Of a DNA stretch of 64,000 nucleotides, positions 46,045 through 56,256 are shown piece after piece. Below the pieces are notes generated by a model that was given only the letters and a program-made list of their open reading frames with translations, ran no database searches and was not told the origin of the DNA. The translations under genes and the position numbers were made by a program. How positions within the stretch are numbered: position 1 is the stretch's first letter; every line of letters begins with the position of its first letter. This stretch comes from Candidatus Minusculum obligatum (GTDB lineage: Bacteria > Patescibacteriota > Minisyncoccia > Phycocordibacterales > Phycocordibacteraceae): NCBI GenBank assembly GCA_002331145.1, contig DCYT01000001.1, positions 287,697 through 351,696 of the forward strand, in the 5' to 3' direction.

Positions 46045-46398
46045 TTATTCATCTTCAAGGAAACAGACTCCCACGGAAACATCTTCGTGCTGCCCAGAGA
46101 CAAGAAGGGCTCTAAAAGCCTCTCCTTCTGAAGCACGTCGACGCTGCCCCAAAACAGGCAGCACGATTTTGGCATTTTTAAAACCAGAATTCGTAATACA
46201 CCAAGCAGGGTATGTCGTCTTCCCTCGAATATGAGACACTTCTTCATCTTGACGAGGACCCAAATTGGCTTCGAAGGAATCGCGACTATTGAAACGTATA
46301 CGTATACGCTTACCTTGTGAGTCTTTCGAAAACAACTTTTCCAGCTTCTCATCAACACTAGAAGGACCTGAAAGAACTTCTCTTACTTTTGCAATCAT
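46045..46398 (-). CDS. hypothetical protein (117 aa)
   Basis: ATG 46398; no family recognised; alternative overlapping frame 46038..46358 judged less likely. Confidence 0.35.
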   Translation of the reverse strand: MIAKVREVLSGPSSVDEKLEKLFSKDSQGKRIRIRFNSRDSFEANLGPRQDEEVSHIRGKTTYPAWCITNSGFKNAKIVLPVLGQRRRASEGEAFRALLVSGQHEDVSVGVCFLEDE

Positions 46399-46455
46399 TG
46401 GATCTCTCCTTTGATCTCTATAATGTTACTAACAAAATAGTAACACTTATATAAC

Positions 46456-48168
46456 TTATGTCAATATACTCCCTATCCTAAGCCGTGGTGCATGCTTCCA
46501 CGCATCCTTCTCAACAGAACCAAGAAAAGAAATTTTCTCTCCTGCTTTTAGTTTCTTTGCGTCCTTCCCAAGATCCCTTTTTGCAAAGAATGCGATCGCT
46601 TCTAAAGTTCCAAACCCTGTCTGAAAAACAGCTTTTACATGATCTTTCCCCTTTCCAAACCACACGACATCTTGCGGAACGACATCTTTGAAGAGAAATT
46701 GTGGCTTTTCGTTATCCATACCAAATGGAGCAAGCTTTGAAAGTCTTGCAAGAAGACCTTTATCTACTGCATCAAGCTGTAATTCAAGATCTGCATCAAT
46801 ATTTTTTTCTACCTTCTCAGATGGGAGCTTTAAGAATGCATCTGAGAGCTTTTCTTCAATAGTATAGATGGCTTCCTCATGTACTGAGAAACCTCCAGCT
46901 GCTGAGTGTCCTCCAAATCCTGCAAATACATCTGTTGAATGCGTCATAAGCTCAACGAGGTTTACATCAGCTCCTGTCCTACACGATCCTTTTATTAAAT
47001 TGTTTCCTTCTCTTCCCCAAAGAAACACTGGGCGCTCATATTCTTCTGCAACAGAGTTTGCAACAAGACCTAGAAGTGATGGTCGCCAATTTGGATTTCC
47101 CATAACAATAACTGGAGACTCCACTCCGCGAACACTTATCTTTTTCTTTATCTCTTTTGTAATAGTGGCAACTGCAGTCTTTCTCGTTGCGTTAATGCGC
47201 TCAAGATCAGCTGCATGCTGTGCGCCAAGAGCCACATCTTTTGTTGTGAGCATTTCAAATGCCTGCATAGGCTCCCCCATGCGTGAGGCTGCATTGATTC
47301 GAGGCCCAATCATAAATCCAATATCGTCTTCAACAATATTCCTCTGGTCTACTCGAATCTTTTTAAGGAGCTGTTGTAGTCCTGGTCGTGGAGAGCGACG
47401 AAGTACAACAAGACCAAAGTATGCAAGCGCTCTATTCTCTCCTGTAAGGGACACCATATCTGAGACCGTGGCGATACCAACCATATCAAGCAGCCACTTC
47501 TCCCAACCTTTTGGAATATCAAAATCTCCTTTAGCTAAAATTCCTTGCGCCAACTTAAATGCAACACCACAGCCACACAAATCTTTAAATGGATACGTCT
47601 GCCCTTCTAGTTTTGGATTCAAAATAGTAATTGCAGGAGGCAATTCTTCCTGTGGAAGGTGATGATCGGTAACAATAACTTCAAGACCTAATTCATTTGC
47701 CCTCTTTACCTGCTCTACATCGGTAATTCCAGAGTCTACGGTAATCAAAAGTTTCGCCCCTCCTTCTGCAAGCTTCTCAATTCCAGGAATATTAAGTCCG
47801 TACCCCTCATTGTGCCGATGCGGAATGTAATTTTCAAAATTTGCACCTATCTTTTGGAATAAATCATGCATCAGCACTCCTCCTGGAATACCATCGGTGT
47901 CATAGTCACTCCATACAACAATCTTTTCACCCTCTTTTATTGCCTTCAATATCCTGTCTACCGCAACATCCATCCCTGCCATAAGGAATGGGTCGTGCAG
48001 ATCACGCTCATAGTCTGGCTCAAGAAAGACTTTTGCCTCTTCTGCAGTTTTTATACCCCTGTGATAGAGAAGGTGGGCTATAAAGTCGTCATATTCTTCC
48101 AATTCTTTTCGTATTTCTTTCGGAACAGGATCTTTCAGAGAGATTTTCATGTGAAGAGATTTTAGCAT
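46456..48168 (-). CDS. recJ: single-stranded-DNA-specific exonuclease RecJ (DHH/DHHA1)
   Basis: DHH motifs (SDYDTDGI, DHH) and GGHSAAGG DHHA1 motif; start at ATG 48168 or 48150. Confidence 0.85.
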   Translation of the reverse strand: MLKSLHMKISLKDPVPKEIRKELEEYDDFIAHLLYHRGIKTAEEAKVFLEPDYERDLHDPFLMAGMDVAVDRILKAIKEGEKIVVWSDYDTDGIPGGVLMHDLFQKIGANFENYIPHRHNEGYGLNIPGIEKLAEGGAKLLITVDSGITDVEQVKRANELGLEVIVTDHHLPQEELPPAITILNPKLEGQTYPFKDLCGCGVAFKLAQGILAKGDFDIPKGWEKWLLDMVGIATVSDMVSLTGENRALAYFGLVVLRRSPRPGLQQLLKKIRVDQRNIVEDDIGFMIGPRINAASRMGEPMQAFEMLTTKDVALGAQHAADLERINATRKTAVATITKEIKKKISVRGVESPVIVMGNPNWRPSLLGLVANSVAEEYERPVFLWGREGNNLIKGSCRTGADVNLVELMTHSTDVFAGFGGHSAAGGFSVHEEAIYTIEEKLSDAFLKLPSEKVEKNIDADLELQLDAVDKGLLARLSKLAPFGMDNEKPQFLFKDVVPQDVVWFGKGKDHVKAVFQTGFGTLEAIAFFAKRDLGKDAKKLKAGEKISFLGSVEKDAWKHAPRLRIGSILT

Positions 48169-48180
48169 ATAGTGTTCTAT

Positions 48181-48597
48181 ATGACTGAAGAGACTATTTT
48201 CGATAAAATTCTTAGAGGAGAGATTCCCGCACACAAAGTATATGAGGATGAGCACACCTTTGCCTTCTTGGACATTGCCCCAATTAACAAAGGGCATACA
48301 TTAGTTATCCCAAAAAACTCAACTCGAAACATTCTTACAGCAGATGAAGAGACATTTGCTCACGTAATGGAAACTGTTCGAACTCTTTCACCAAAAATCA
48401 AAGAGGCTGTTGGTGCAGACGGTATTACTATCGGAATAAACAACGAAGCAGCAGGCGGACAAGAGGTTTTCTACCTACACGCACACATCATTCCTCGCTT
48501 TGAAAACGATGGGCGCAAGCATTGGGGTGGTGAAAGCTATAAAGACGGAGAGGCTGAAGCAACTTTGGAAAAAATTGTAAACCAATTGAAAAACTAG
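48181..48597 (+). CDS. HIT-family (histidine triad) nucleotide hydrolase
   Basis: HLHAHIIPR HxHxHxx triad; first ATG at 48181 (the ORF-track start at 48172 is a GTG). Confidence 0.85.
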   Translation: MTEETIFDKILRGEIPAHKVYEDEHTFAFLDIAPINKGHTLVIPKNSTRNILTADEETFAHVMETVRTLSPKIKEAVGADGITIGINNEAAGGQEVFYLHAHIIPRFENDGRKHWGGESYKDGEAEATLEKIVNQLKN

Positions 48598-48624
48598 TAC
48601 TCTCTAAGCAGAAAGGGGGAGAAA

Positions 48625-48828
48625 ATGGAACAGCCACTAATAAGGAGGCAGCGATTGATCGGACTATGGACGTCTTATCATACAGTTATACGCAAGCTTC
48701 CAACAAATTGTGAGCACTGTGATCAAGAAATACTCTTTGGTGAGTATAAGCGAGAAGTTTGGATTGACTCTCATCCGAGATTTGGTGACTTCTTCGTCAT
48801 TCGCCGATACCACCTTCATTGTTCTTAA
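48625..48828 (+). CDS. hypothetical small Cys/His-containing protein (67 aa)
   Basis: AAAGGGGGAG RBS; CEHCDQ...HLHC possible zinc-binding pattern. Confidence 0.4.
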   Translation: MEQPLIRRQRLIGLWTSYHTVIRKLPTNCEHCDQEILFGEYKREVWIDSHPRFGDFFVIRRYHLHCS

Positions 48829-48829
48829 A

Positions 48830-48851
48830 ACAACCTGCACCTGCAGGTTGT
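48830..48851. terminator. bidirectional intrinsic terminator (small gene + / pgk -)
   Basis: AAAACAACCTGCA-cc-TGCAGGTTGTTTTT. Confidence 0.75.
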
Positions 48852-48853
48852 TT

Positions 48854-49969
48854 TTACAAAGCCTCAAGACCAGGAAGTGTCCCGTGTGTTAGAAACTCAA
48901 GCATTGCTCCTCCTCCAGTAGAGATAAAGGAGAATTCATGCTCTAGATCGAGTGACTCTATTGAGGCTACCGTATCTCCTCCTCCAATAATGGCGTGCGT
49001 GCGAGCATCTGCAATGATCTGCGCAAGCGCATGCGTTCCTTCTTTATATCCATTTTCATAATACCCAAGCGGCCCATTCCAAAGCACGGTCTTTGCTTCA
49101 TCTATATATCCCTTAAGGACTTCAACAGTTGCAGGTCCTGCATCCAAAATCATATCCTCCTCTTCTACTTCATTTGGAAGACGAAGTCCTCCTCCTTTTG
49201 TTGAAGAAACAACAGCATCAACTGGACCAATGATTCGCGCGTCCTTTGCGAGCTTATCGAGTGATCCTGTAACTCCCGAAGTAACAGATCGTCCAATTGG
49301 GTACCCGCGAGCCTGTAAAAGATCATTTCCGAGTGCCCCTCCAATAAAGATCCGGTCATATGTATGTAAAAGTTTTTCAATAAGAGGTTCCTTTGTTGCA
49401 AACTTAGCACCTCCAATAATTGCAATTGATGGCCGCTTTGGCGAAAGGGCTTGCTTTAGCTCATCTACCTCCCCGCAAACCACACGCCCTGCATATGATG
49501 GAAGAAATTCTGGGATACCAACAATAGATGCGTGGTTTCTGTGGCACGTATCAAATGCATCTTGCACAAAAATATCAGCAAGTGATGCGAGCTCCTTTGC
49601 AAAATCTCTATCATTTTCTACTTCCCCTTTATTTCGTCGTAAATTCTCAAGAATCAAAACCTCTCCCGGCATAAGCATCGACACACGATCACGAACCTGT
49701 GGTCCTGTTACGTGCTCTGAGAAAGAAACCTTGGGAATTTGTGTTCGAATAAATTCATAGACAGGCTTTAGTGTTGCAAATGGATCTCGCCCAATATGAC
49801 TTATTACAATTACGCGCGCACCCTTCTCTTGAAGGTACGTGACTGTCTCAAGAGCTCTACGTAACCTAAATGTACTCGATGGCTTCCCATCTACAAGGGG
49901 AATATTGAGTCCCAAACGAACAAGTACAGGAACATTATCTAAAATTTGTATGTCTTCTAGTCGCTTCAT
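48854..49969 (-). CDS. pgk: phosphoglycerate kinase
   Basis: Full-length PGK with conserved N-terminal R/H basic patch and C-terminal nucleotide-binding GGGA motifs. Confidence 0.95.
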   Translation of the reverse strand: MKRLEDIQILDNVPVLVRLGLNIPLVDGKPSSTFRLRRALETVTYLQEKGARVIVISHIGRDPFATLKPVYEFIRTQIPKVSFSEHVTGPQVRDRVSMLMPGEVLILENLRRNKGEVENDRDFAKELASLADIFVQDAFDTCHRNHASIVGIPEFLPSYAGRVVCGEVDELKQALSPKRPSIAIIGGAKFATKEPLIEKLLHTYDRIFIGGALGNDLLQARGYPIGRSVTSGVTGSLDKLAKDARIIGPVDAVVSSTKGGGLRLPNEVEEEDMILDAGPATVEVLKGYIDEAKTVLWNGPLGYYENGYKEGTHALAQIIADARTHAIIGGGDTVASIESLDLEHEFSFISTGGGAMLEFLTHGTLPGLEAL

Positions 49970-50700
49970 GCATCCATTGCTTCCACAAGTGCTTTTAATG
50001 TTTCTTTTGAAGAGCTCGCACGCCCTGGAAGGAAGCCATCAAGCCCTGGCACCATAAGACTTTTTACATTTTCTGCATTTACTGACCCTCCATAAAGAAT
50101 TTTTACCGCTTTCATTACTTTCTCTGTAAAATTCTCTCGCAATACTTTCTTTATGAAGAGCACTGTCTCTTCTAAATCATCAGTTGAGATAGCTTCATTA
50201 CTTCCTTTCCCTATTGCCCAGATAGGCTCATAGGCAATAACAATATTTTTAAAGTCTGCTTCTTTAATTCCTTTGAGCGCAGACACTATTTGCTCCGTAA
50301 TAAATGAGAGGTAGGTTGCATGAGCATCTCGACTCTCCTCTCCTACACACAAAACAACTTTTAGTTTTGCAGAGAGTGCCTGACAGACTTTTGTGGCGAC
50401 AATGCTATTTGTCTCCCCATCTGCCCTTCGCTCTGAGTGCCCGACAATTACGTGACTTGCACCACTATTTGAAATAACATCAGCTGATACTTCTCCTGTG
50501 TGTGCTCCTCCCTCAAAAATAGAGAGATCTTGTGCAGCTAAAGCAACTCCTGCCTTCTTTGCTGCAACATATCCAAGGTGCACAAAGGATGGAGCGAGGA
50601 TTATTTTGTGTTTTGTAGTAAGTTTCCCTGCCGCCTTTACAACCGCTTCTGCATCATCTTTATTACTAAGATAGCTTTTGAAATTTCCAACGATAATCAT
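49966..50700 (-). CDS. tpiA: triosephosphate isomerase
   Basis: MIIVGNFK, VVLCVGE, AYEPIWAIGKG motifs. Confidence 0.9.
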   Translation of the reverse strand: MIIVGNFKSYLSNKDDAEAVVKAAGKLTTKHKIILAPSFVHLGYVAAKKAGVALAAQDLSIFEGGAHTGEVSADVISNSGASHVIVGHSERRADGETNSIVATKVCQALSAKLKVVLCVGEESRDAHATYLSFITEQIVSALKGIKEADFKNIVIAYEPIWAIGKGSNEAISTDDLEETVLFIKKVLRENFTEKVMKAVKILYGGSVNAENVKSLMVPGLDGFLPGRASSSKETLKALVEAMDA

Positions 50701-50718
50701 TGCCTTTATCCTAGCACG

Positions 50719-52140
50719 CTAGTCTTCGCGCCATTCAACAAATTGATAGTCTGGTGAACTTACCGGTGTAAAAGGAGGTGGATCAGTTGCAAGGTTTCTA
50801 TCATAGCTATTTACGCGATTCTCATACCCTGAAGTCTGGTTAAAGCACCACGGCCAGTATGTATACCCCCACTTCGTTCCTACTCGAGTATTTGAAACAA
50901 TTGATCCTCGTACCGTAAGAGTGTCTTGGTGTGAGTTTGGATAAAAACAAGGGTAGAGATTTCGTCCAAAGTACCCTTCTTGTGCAATAAGGATGGCATT
51001 GATATCCAAATCTTCTGGAGATTCTGGAGAAATGTGAATATCTCCCTCTGCAAGAATAGTAAGGCCATCTGCACCACTTGTTGTTGTGTATTCAAGGTCA
51101 TCTTCGATGATTACCTTTGGCTCATACCCTGCATATGTAGTATCTGCAGCAACAAGTGTAACTTTTCCTGAGATGGTTCCTTCAACCCACACTCTGTCTT
51201 CTATATAAATGAGTCCGCAATCAGATGGAATGCTGTAGTTTCCCAAATATCGAACTCTTCGAGGTACATAATAGTCATTTTCATATACTCCTGAATCAAT
51301 ATGTGCCCCAACATATATATTTGACCGTCGCACCTGATAGACATCTACTGTTCTATTGTTTTGAAAGACTAGACGATACCCCCTCCCCTCAGAAGTATGC
51401 CCTCCATATCCTGAATAAAAGATTCCATCACTTTGTGCAAGCGTACGAAGCGCATTAAAATCTTGCGCTATCCCTGCAAAATCAAACTGTGGAGATGGAT
51501 ACTCCCACAATTCTTGATCACCTCCATCCCCAAACACTCCAGGGGTAGTAGATGCAGGAGAGCAACCAAAGCTACTAGTACATGTCCATGTGCCTACTGC
51601 ACTTGAAACTTCAGAATTGCTCGTACCATCAAAACGAATTCCTCCATTTGCATGGTAGCGACCTGAGATTTGTCGATCTGACCCAACCCACACATTGTCA
51701 TCCACAATATAGGCATACTCTGCAACAGATGGCTGCGCATACCTTCCTGTAATAGTTGCTCTAACTGTCGGATCATCTGCAGACCACCCTGTTGAATCAA
51801 TATCTATCGAGGTAATAGCTCCACACTGCTCATTCCCTGTAATATCCAGAGAAAACGTCCCCACGACATCACTCTCAGGATCTTCGTATGCAATATTGTA
51901 TGGGCCTGCACCACCTGTACCGTGCTGCGTATCATCTGGATTATGTGCCAGAAACCACTTGTAGTACTCAAGCCCAGCCTCCGCAATAGCACGGGCCTGT
52001 GCCTTATACATTCGTGCTCGCTCAGCGTCTTGCTCTACCAAAACTCTTCCAGAGAGAGCTGCCACAGAAAAAACAAAGAGGCTTCCAAATACAATTACGA
52101 GAAGTGTGGTGTATCCGCCCTGTCTTTTTTTATAAAACAT
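50719..52140 (-). CDS. pilus-associated large pilin-like protein (N-terminal hydrophobic segment without canonical E5)
   Basis: MFYKKRQGGYTTLLVIVFGSLF N-terminus; location in the prepilin gene cluster; first ATG at 52140. Confidence 0.45.
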   Translation of the reverse strand: MFYKKRQGGYTTLLVIVFGSLFVFSVAALSGRVLVEQDAERARMYKAQARAIAEAGLEYYKWFLAHNPDDTQHGTGGAGPYNIAYEDPESDVVGTFSLDITGNEQCGAITSIDIDSTGWSADDPTVRATITGRYAQPSVAEYAYIVDDNVWVGSDRQISGRYHANGGIRFDGTSNSEVSSAVGTWTCTSSFGCSPASTTPGVFGDGGDQELWEYPSPQFDFAGIAQDFNALRTLAQSDGIFYSGYGGHTSEGRGYRLVFQNNRTVDVYQVRRSNIYVGAHIDSGVYENDYYVPRRVRYLGNYSIPSDCGLIYIEDRVWVEGTISGKVTLVAADTTYAGYEPKVIIEDDLEYTTTSGADGLTILAEGDIHISPESPEDLDINAILIAQEGYFGRNLYPCFYPNSHQDTLTVRGSIVSNTRVGTKWGYTYWPWCFNQTSGYENRVNSYDRNLATDPPPFTPVSSPDYQFVEWRED

Positions 52141-52141
52141 A

Positions 52142-52726
52142 TTATTCGACACGAAGATTTCGAAGCGTAGCGCTTGAGGTAAGTGTAAACTCTTCCGGCG
52201 CTCGATCTGGATTTATATTCACGGTTATCGTTCCAGTAATAAATTTAATATCAAGCGGTGAGGGCGATGAAGAAAGTTCCATCCCATTTACATCAAAGTA
52301 AGAAAATACATCTGTTGCAAAAACAGCATTACGTACATTTTCAGAAATTATCTCTACCGTTTCTTGTCCTGTGTACGCCGGAGGAGTTCCTGTTGCCTGA
52401 AGGGTGTATCGAGAGAGTACTTCGTTTGCAAGATCGTACCTGATTCGCTCTACCGAATCATCTTGATCAACATCAGCGTAGAAGGTAATTGAATTTGGTC
52501 CAGCTGAAACAATTGGAAACGATCCATCCTCTGCAATCGTTGCTTCCCGCAAATCTTTCATCGCCTTTTCAATTCCACGACGCGCACTTGTTATCGCACC
52601 TGACTGCTCAAGCACACTTGCATTTGTCCTGTAAAAGAAAACAATTGCCGAACTAATCGCCAAAAGCACAATGCTCATAAGCGTAATAGTTACTATGGTC
52701 TCCATAAGAGTAAAACCTCGCTGCAT
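52142..52726 (-). CDS. type IV prepilin-like minor pilin (class III signal)
   Basis: MQRGFTLMETIVTITLMSIVLL: G|FTLME prepilin peptidase site with E5. Confidence 0.75.
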   Translation of the reverse strand: MQRGFTLMETIVTITLMSIVLLAISSAIVFFYRTNASVLEQSGAITSARRGIEKAMKDLREATIAEDGSFPIVSAGPNSITFYADVDQDDSVERIRYDLANEVLSRYTLQATGTPPAYTGQETVEIISENVRNAVFATDVFSYFDVNGMELSSSPSPLDIKFITGTITVNINPDRAPEEFTLTSSATLRNLRVE

Positions 52727-52745
52727 GCCCTAACTTTAGCATGTG

Positions 52746-54482
52746 CTAACTCGTTGTAAGTATCACCGTAAGCTCTGTATCTCCTGAAACTACGTTGTCT
52801 TCTAGTATCTCTGTTATAAATCCACTCTTACTTACCGATACGTCATAGTCATTGAAGTTTCCAAGACCTCCAAAGTACGTCTGTCCGCACGCACTTGTTG
52901 TTTTATCTCCCAAATATCCAGTACGAGTAAGTGAAACATCAGCATCTTCTACAAATCCTTGAAGCTCATCTCGTACAGTAACCCGAAGAGAGTGAGTGCT
53001 GTCACTCTCAAGATATGCATTTATAGTGTTTGTTGTATTTGGATTAATTGCGAGGTCATCCGGACTACAAAGCTCTGCGATATCGTAGCCTGTTGTTGCA
53101 AGAGTGTACCCATCCCATTCAATATTTAAAATCTCATTCCACCCAGCAGGCCCTGTTGCTGCATTGATGGTGTGCTTTTTAATTTCTCCACCACTTGAAT
53201 TTTCTCCAATAGATTTTGACCCTTCAAGGGTAAATGAAACATTTGGAATTGGCACAGGCCCACTATCATAGGCAAGTCGCCACTCACCAATCTCTGGCGT
53301 AACAGCAGTATCATTTGTCTGCATGTTCGCTCGAATATAGAGCGTATCGTATGTACTTGTCGCAATACCTGAGAGATCAATTGTTGAGGCAGTAAACCCT
53401 GCCTCATTTCCAGAAAGGACTGCATCCGGAAGCACTGTTGGAGTTCCTACATTGTCGTAGAGAATCTGATACGTAATTGTAGTCCCTGCAGGCTTTGTGC
53501 TCGTTGCCTGAAACAGACTCCAAGCACTTAAGTATGTTGGGGAAGTAGACGTACTTTGCGCTAGTCCGTCAGTATCGTAAACGCCAAGAGTATTTGTTAG
53601 GACAAGATCTCCTCCTGTAACCTCAGTACTACTTGCAACTGCAATATTACTTGAGCTAAAGAAAACATCCTCAACAAATACTGAAGCTATTTGCTCCCAC
53701 GTTTGCACGCGGAGCGTTGAGAGAATATCTACAGGGAACGTGCTTGCAGTTGTTGCGGCCTCAACAACAGTTAGGTGACCTGGATTTGGACTTACATTAA
53801 CTGCATCTTGATCATATGTTTGTGCGCTCGAGTATCCGCTTTTACTTACCGTTATACGATACCCAGTTGAAGTTGCAGCTCCGGGCAAAAATACATACCC
53901 ACCACTTCCAGTAAATGTTGTCACATCTACTGTCGGTACAGTATCTGGATTTTGTATCCGAACTTGAGCTGAAGATACAGAGGCACCGAGTGCATCAATT
54001 ACATTGATGCGAAGATTCCCCCCTCCCTCTGATGTTTCAATTCCTTTTGGTGTTCTGTTAGAAACTAGAGAAACACTCTTTTGCGTTCCATTTAAATCAT
54101 ACGTAACATCTACTTTTATTTTTTTGTAGTCGGTAATAATTCCTGTCACGTCCGCACCATCTAGTCCGTCAGCCGGATCATCAATGTACTGCACGAAGGT
54201 TCGTGTCGTATATTCTTTCCCATTAAGTATTGTTGTAAATTCTGGATCAATTAATCCAGCAGGAATTCCTCCAACTGTCCCGGTGTTTGCATAGGTAATA
54301 GAACGAACATATTCCATCTGCTCTGTTGCAAGAGAAGTTGCACCAGAGCGAGCCTTTGCAGCTGCTGTTAGTGCAATAGACGCACGAAACATTCCAAAGA
54401 GTGCCATGAAGATAATAAGAAGAAGCGCAATACCAACTATCACGTCAACGAGTGAGAGACCTCTGGTATAGAGTTTCTTCAT
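52746..54482 (-). CDS. large prepilin-type protein (578 aa)
   Basis: MKKLYTRGLSLVDVIVGIALLLI: G|LSLVD prepilin-like signal with acidic residue at +5, followed by a long Thr/Ser-rich beta-like domain. Confidence 0.6.
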   Translation of the reverse strand: MKKLYTRGLSLVDVIVGIALLLIIFMALFGMFRASIALTAAAKARSGATSLATEQMEYVRSITYANTGTVGGIPAGLIDPEFTTILNGKEYTTRTFVQYIDDPADGLDGADVTGIITDYKKIKVDVTYDLNGTQKSVSLVSNRTPKGIETSEGGGNLRINVIDALGASVSSAQVRIQNPDTVPTVDVTTFTGSGGYVFLPGAATSTGYRITVSKSGYSSAQTYDQDAVNVSPNPGHLTVVEAATTASTFPVDILSTLRVQTWEQIASVFVEDVFFSSSNIAVASSTEVTGGDLVLTNTLGVYDTDGLAQSTSTSPTYLSAWSLFQATSTKPAGTTITYQILYDNVGTPTVLPDAVLSGNEAGFTASTIDLSGIATSTYDTLYIRANMQTNDTAVTPEIGEWRLAYDSGPVPIPNVSFTLEGSKSIGENSSGGEIKKHTINAATGPAGWNEILNIEWDGYTLATTGYDIAELCSPDDLAINPNTTNTINAYLESDSTHSLRVTVRDELQGFVEDADVSLTRTGYLGDKTTSACGQTYFGGLGNFNDYDVSVSKSGFITEILEDNVVSGDTELTVILTTS

Positions 54483-54483
54483 A

Positions 54484-55692
54484 TTAAATACTTTCAGTAA
54501 TTGAATAGATAGGCGCGATCATGGCAAGCGCAAACACTCCCACAACTCCTGCAATCAAAATCATCAAAAGCGGCTCAACAATTGTTGAGAGATCTTTTGT
54601 CTTCTGCTCAACTTCCTTTTCATAAAATTCTGCCACCTCAAGAAGCATGTCTGATACTGCTCCGGTCTCCTCTCCAACTGCAATCATGTCTCCCATAAGA
54701 ACAGGATAGAGTTCTGTATGATCTACAAAACTTTTTGAGAGTGTTTCTCCCTTCTTTACATACTCATGTGATTCTTTAAATACTTTTTTGTAGCTTGGAT
54801 GCCCAATAACTTCTTCTGAAATCTCAAGTGCATGAAGCATATCTACCCCTGAGCTTAGAAGTGAAGCAAGTGTCCTGGCAGTCCGAGCTGTGTATGTTTC
54901 TTTTACAATAGGCGCAACAACTGGAAGTCTTAGGGTGATAGCTCCAAATATCTTTGACCCTCTTTCTGTCCGTACTGCATAGGTAAGAGCTCCGAAGAAA
55001 AGCACAAAGAGAGCAACAACAAGCAAGAAATTATTCTCAAGGAAAGCACTCGATGAAACAATTGCCTGTGTTGCAGCTGGGAGCTCTACCCCGAGCTCTT
55101 CGAAGGTACTTGTTAGAGTTGGCACCACAAACAAAAGCATCAGCACGGTGATGATTCCAATTGCAAGCAAAATAATTGAAGGATAAATCATTGCACTCTT
55201 TACTTTCTTCACGAGCGTGTGTGATCGCTCCATCTGCTTTCCAATCACAAGAAGAGATTCATGTAGCGTTCCACTTTCTTCTCCTGCCTTTACCATTGAG
55301 ATAAAAAGTTTTGAGAAAATTTTTGGATGCTTTGCCATCGACTCGTAGAGAGAGAGTCCTTTTGAAACATCTGTTCCAATTTTTGCAACAACTTCTTTCA
55401 GAAGTGGATTCTTGCTCTGTCGCTCAAGCACAGAAAGCGCTCTTGAAACTGAAAGTCCAGCCTTGAGCATCGCTGCAAGTGTTTTTGTAAAGACAATTTT
55501 CTCCTCAACCTTTACCGCACCAAGGAAACTACGTAGTTTATTTAAAAATCCTCCGCCTGTTACTTTTATAGAAACAACTGTTCCACCTTCTGCTCCCACA
55601 TGCGCATACACATCAGCTTTACTCTCTCCTTCAAGAGTTCCTGTATATTCTTTTCCATCTGATTTTTGCGCTTTGTACGTAAATTTTTTCAC
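54484..55692 (-). CDS. pilC: type IV pilus inner-membrane platform protein PilC (GspF family)
   Basis: Duplicated GspF domains, 3 TM; GTG start. Confidence 0.9.
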   Translation of the reverse strand: MKKFTYKAQKSDGKEYTGTLEGESKADVYAHVGAEGGTVVSIKVTGGGFLNKLRSFLGAVKVEEKIVFTKTLAAMLKAGLSVSRALSVLERQSKNPLLKEVVAKIGTDVSKGLSLYESMAKHPKIFSKLFISMVKAGEESGTLHESLLVIGKQMERSHTLVKKVKSAMIYPSIILLAIGIITVLMLLFVVPTLTSTFEELGVELPAATQAIVSSSAFLENNFLLVVALFVLFFGALTYAVRTERGSKIFGAITLRLPVVAPIVKETYTARTARTLASLLSSGVDMLHALEISEEVIGHPSYKKVFKESHEYVKKGETLSKSFVDHTELYPVLMGDMIAVGEETGAVSDMLLEVAEFYEKEVEQKTKDLSTIVEPLLMILIAGVVGVFALAMIAPIYSITESI

Positions 55693-55757
55693 CCCTTAAA
55701 TGTAGCACGCAAACAAAAGACCCTGATACGATTTCACGTACCAGGGCCACTAACCTA

Positions 55758-56201
55758 CTAGTCTAAGCTCCCTTCTTCAAGCAAGGAGCTTGAAGAATAA
55801 AAGAGCAAAAATCCGAGCGCAAGCATAATGAATGCAAGCCACTCACTGCCGACGGGCAGTCCAAAAGACTGCGTCATGTCTGAAAAACCAATATACGTAA
55901 GAGGCCCTTCAAACGGCATGGGGTAGAGAGCCCCAACAACCTCAAAGGCAGCAAGTATCGCAATCACAGCCCCCATCCACTTCGCGACAAAGAAGACGAG
56001 TGCCGAAACCACAATACGAGAAAAACCAAAACGCAGTGCGATAATTCCTGCGACAAACGCCAAAACAACTATTGCGACATTGACAGGACCCGGCATAATG
56101 ACCGAATCAAAATCCCCTTCTAGCACAGACCATACTTGATGCATGAAAAGTGCAATGAGAGAAAAACCAAGAACCACTGCCACTAAGCGAAAATACGCCA
56201 T
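55758..56201 (-). CDS. hypothetical membrane protein
   Basis: 147-aa 4-TM ORF between pilB and pilC. Confidence 0.45.
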   Translation of the reverse strand: MAYFRLVAVVLGFSLIALFMHQVWSVLEGDFDSVIMPGPVNVAIVVLAFVAGIIALRFGFSRIVVSALVFFVAKWMGAVIAILAAFEVVGALYPMPFEGPLTYIGFSDMTQSFGLPVGSEWLAFIMLALGFLLFYSSSSLLEEGSLD

Positions 56202-56256
56202 TTCAAATCCTCCGATTTCCTACCGACAAGATGCTCTTTTTATATAGAAACGTCAA

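Noticed and set aside
46038-46358. 106-aa ORF overlapping 46045..46398 in another frame
   Set aside because: The two frames are mutually exclusive, and the 46045..46398 frame has a canonical ATG. I kept that one, with low confidence for either.
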